From NCBI GenBank assembly GCA_964016885.1, contig OZ024742.1:326802001-326866000 (forward strand): DNA of 64,000 bases. Direction: 5' to 3'. The stretch is from Eledone cirrhosa. Its lineage: Eukaryota. Made by a program: the position numbers and the translations under genes. The notes below the pieces were generated by a model. The model was not told the DNA's origin and searched no databases. It saw nothing but the letters and a program-made list of their open reading frames with translations. Positions within the stretch are counted from its first letter, which is position 1, and every line of letters begins with the position of its first letter. Below, one piece after another: positions 59,282-64,000 of the stretch.

Positions 59282-59282
<1 letters not shown>

Positions 59283-59980
59283 CATCATCATCATCAACGT
59301 TTAACGTCCGTGTTCCACGCTTGCATGGGTTTGGACGGGGGTAGTCCCACTTGAGGCAAGAGTGATTGTCTTGCTCGCATAGGACTGTCTGGCAGGTTTT
59401 CTACAGTTGGATGCCCTTCCTAACACCAACCACATTTACAGTGTGGGTCTGGGAGGTTTTTACCGTGTTGCCTACACGGCCACATTACAGCGTGGACTGT
59501 GTGTTTTTTGTCGTGACACCTACACGATCTCATTTGTTTCGGCCTGGATGGCGCGGCACCAACATAACTTTACATAGAACGGGGTGGTGTGGGTGGGGTG
59601 GGGGTGGTGGCGGGACGGGGTGTATTTTGTTAGAGATGCCTACTGGCAAGGCGGGTCTTCTCTGTTACTGAGTACCGCCAAAGGTCTCGGTCCAGTGACA
59701 TTGTCTTGGAGAGGTGTAAGTGTGTGAGGTCGGAGTTTATCAGCTCATCCCATGTTTTTCTAGGTCTGCCTATTCCGTGGCTACCGTCTATCTTTATTGC
59801 CCTGCACTTTGTTATACAGCTATCGACTTTCATGCGCATCACGTGTCCATACCAACGCAGCCTTCTCTCGAGTAAACAACATCTGATCCCTCTTATCTCT
59901 AATTTTTTCCTTAGTTCGTTTATGCTTTGCCGTTCACGTATATTACTGTTACACATCCAGCGGAGCATGCAAGCTTCGTT

Positions 59981-59982
<2 letters not shown>
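59282..59982 (-). mobile_element. 5'-truncated RTE LINE, tail-to-tail with the previous copy
   Basis: ORF 59630-59968; reverse complement of the same subfamily, with a ~30-bp deletion at the stop codon. Confidence 0.93.
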
Positions 59983-60010
<28 letters not shown>

Positions 60011-60014
<4 letters not shown>

Positions 60015-60233
60015 AGATGTCAACATGAATGGACCTGTTATTTTTATCTAAAGACATTTTTTCCAATTCCATCCCGCCCGTCCCCTCAATCTATTTTATT
60101 TCTCATTATTTCTTCTGATGAAGGACTAGTGTCCGAAACGTTAAGACCCTCTTCCTGCTATATCAAGCGTTAACCTAATATATACCTTACATATACTGTA
60201 CCGATTGTGTTGTTATTTCTGTTTACCTCTTAC
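60011..60233 (+). mobile_element. Penelope-like pLTR fragment with minimal hammerhead (60111-60146), in (TA)n
   Basis: TCTT-CTGATGA-A GGAC TAGT GTCC-GAAACGTT-AAGA. Confidence 0.8.
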
Positions 60234-60326
60234 ATATATATTATATATATATATAATATATATATTAATCAAAGGTTAATTAGTCTTAATACTTGATACT
60301 CCCATAATTAGTTTTTTCTCACTTAA

Positions 60327-60377
<51 letters not shown>

Positions 60378-60534
60378 ATATACACACACACACATATACA
60401 TAAAATATAATACATATATATATATACACATGCATATATATATTTATATATACATACATATATTATAAACACACACATATATATACACACACACACAGAC
60501 ACATATATATATATATACATGCTTATATATATAC

Positions 60535-60579
<45 letters not shown>

Positions 60580-60849
60580 CCATTCTCTATTTTAATACTA
60601 TCCATCTCTCTTCATACTCAGCAATACCTTTTCCATCTCTTTCTTTACACTTCTACTAACAAATAACACCCACATTCACACATATATACACTCACGAACA
60701 GAAGCTCACACACATACTACGTACAAACTAACATATAGACTAGACTCTTCACCAAATGCATAACATCGCACCATTTAACAAATGAATTTCTCAATTGCCC
60801 TTCAGCATTTTAGTTCCATCAAAAGGAATTACAGGCAATTACATATCTG

Positions 60850-63800
60850 CACCACCATCATCATTACTATCATCATTACTATCGCCATCACCAGTGTCAT
60901 TGGTAACACCACAACCACAGACAACACCAGCACCAACAATACCACCAACATCACCACAAACACAGGCAACACTAGCACCAGCAACACCACCAATTCTAAC
61001 CATAATAGCACTGACACCTCTGCATCTTCCTCCACTACCACCAAACACCACTACTACCGACAACAACAACAACACTACCATCACCAAACGCCACTATTAC
61101 CAACAACAACAACACTACCATCACCACACCAAACAACATTACAAACAACAACAACACTACCATCACGATCACCAAACAACACTACCAACAACAAAACTAC
61201 CATCACCATCACCAAACAACACTACCAACAACAAAAACACTACCATCACCAGACAACAATACCAACAACAACACTACCATCACCATCACCAAACAACACT
61301 ACCATCACCAAACAACACCAACAACAACAACACTACCATCATCATCACCAAACAACACTACCAACAACAACACTACCATCACCAAACAACACTACCAACA
61401 ACACTACCATCACCAAACAACACCAACAACAACAACACTACCATCATCATCACCAAACAACACTACCATCACCAAACACTACCAACAACAACACTACCAT
61501 CACCATCACCAAACAACACCAACAACAACAACACTACCATCACCAAACAACACTACCATCACCAAACAACAATACCAACAACAACACTACCATCACCAAA
61601 CAACACTACCAACAACAACAACACTACCAATACCAAACAACAATACCAACAACAACACTACCATCACCAAACAACACTACCAACAACAACACTACCATCA
61701 CCAAACAACACTACCAACAACAACACTACCATCACCATCAGCAAACAACACTACCAACAACAACAACACTACCATCACCAAACAACACTACCAACAACAA
61801 CACTACCATCACCATCAGCAAACAACACCACCAACAACAACAACACTACCATCACCAAACAACACCAACAACAACACTACCATCACCAAACAACACTACC
61901 ATCACCATCACCAAACAACACTACCAACAACAACACGACCATCACCAAACAACACTACAAACAACAACACTACCATCACCAAACAACAATACCAACAACA
62001 ACAACACTATCATCACCAAACAACACTACCAACAACAACACTACCATCACCAAACAACACTACAATCACCAAACAACACTACCAACAACAACACTACCAT
62101 CACCAAACAACACTACCAACAACAACACTACCATCACCAAACAACAATACCAACAACAACACTACCATCATCATCACCAAACAACACTACCAACAACAAC
62201 ACTACCATCACCAAACAACACTACCATCACCAAACAACACTACCAACAACAACACTATCATCACCAAACAACACTACCATCACCAAACAACACTACCAAT
62301 AACACTACCATCAACAAACAACACTACCAACAACAACACTACCATCACCAAACAACACTACCAACAATAACACTACCATCACCAAACAACACTACCAACA
62401 ACAACAACACTACCATCACCAAACAACTCTACCAACAACAACACTACCATCACCAAACAACACTACCAACAACAACAACACTACCATCACCAAACAACAA
62501 TACCAACAACAATACTAGCATCACCAAACAAGACTACCAACAACAACAACACTACCATCACCAAACAACACTACCAACAACAACACTACCATCACCAAAC
62601 AACACTACCAACAACAACACTAGCATCACCATCACCAAACAACAATACCAACAACAACACTACCATCACCAAACAACACTACCAACAACAACACTACCAA
62701 CAACAACACTACCAACAACAACAACACTACCATCACCAAACAACACTACCAACAACACTACCATCACCAAACAACACTACCAACAACAACACTACCATCA
62801 CCAAACAACACTACCAACAACAACACTACCATCACCATCACCAAACAACACTACCAACAACAACACTACCATCACCAAACAACACTACCAACAACAACAC
62901 TACCATCACCAAACAACAACACCACTACCATCACCAAACAACACTACCAACAACAACACTACCATCACCATCACCAAACAACACTACCAACAACAACACT
63001 ACCATCACCAAGCAACACCAACAACAACAACACTACCATCACCAAACAACAATACCAACAACAACACTACCATCACCAAACAACAATACCAACAACAACA
63101 CTACCATCACCAAACAACACTACCAACAACAACACTACCAACAACAACACTACCAACAACAACAACACTACAATAACCAAACAATACCAACAACAACACT
63201 ACCATCACCATCACCAAACAACAATACCAACAACAACAACACTACCATCACCAAACAACACTACCAACAACAACAAAACTACCATCACCAAACAACACTA
63301 CCAACAACAACACTACCATCACCAAACAACACTACCATCACCATCAGCAAACAACACTACCAACAACAACAACACTACCATCACCAAACAACACTACCAA
63401 CAACAACACTACCATCACCATCACAAAACAACACTACCATCACCAAACAACACTACCAACAACAACACTACTATCACCATCACCAAACAACAATACCAAC
63501 AACAACACTATCATCACCAAACAACACTACCAACAACAACACTACCATCACCAAACAACACCAACAACAACAATACTACCATCACCAAACAACACTACCA
63601 ACAACAACACTGCCATCACCAAACAACAATACCAACAACAACACTACCATCACCATCACCAAACAACACTACCATCACCAAACAACACTACCATCACCAA
63701 ACAAGAATACCAACAACAACACTACCATCACCAAACAACACTACCAACAACAACAACACCATCACCAAACAACACTACCAACAACAACAACACTACCATC

Positions 63801-64000
63801 ACCAAACAACACTACCAACAACAACACTAGCATCACCAAACAACAACACCAACACTACCATCACCATCACCAAACAACACTACCAACAACAACAACACTA
63901 CCATCACCAAACAACAATACCAACAACACTAGCATCACCAAACAAGACTACCAACAACAACAACACTACCATCACTAAACAACAGTACCAACAACAACAC
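60850..64000. repeat. >3-kb AC-rich minisatellite (ACTACCATCACCAAACAACACTACCAACAACAAC variants)
   Basis: Direct inspection; it runs off the window end. Confidence 0.95.

Noticed and set aside
60782-63176. 506-aa and 793-aa mucin-like ORFs
   Set aside because: Stop-free frames of a G-poor minisatellite; the same peptide patterns rotate among frames, and there is no splice or domain evidence.

Overview
AT-rich, microsatellite-dense animal genomic DNA. The repeat families suggest a coleoid cephalopod (Octopus-like), but this is inference. The window lies almost entirely within one minus-strand gene, a KANK (KN motif and ankyrin repeat) homologue. Three phase-compatible coding exons are visible: 54983-55034, a giant 6.1-kb exon at 46118-52217 with internal 30/48/168-bp tandem repeats, and 10337-10555. 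The ankyrin exons should lie beyond position 1. The introns contain: an internally deleted Helitron with intact termini; RTE LINEs that repeatedly sit in (TA)n tracts; two tRNA-derived SINE families; piggyBac, hAT and Tc1/pogo-type MITEs; relics of CRE-, R4- and L1/Tx1-type LINEs; and large simple satellites. The most unusual signal is a set of about ten type-I hammerhead ribozyme motifs found by eye. Some lie in Penelope-like palindromic insertions. Three lie in a non-coding ~456-nt tandem, circularly permuted, retrozyme-like unit that also carries an octamer motif. No database searches or folding programs were run; TE boundaries are approximate unless TSDs are given.
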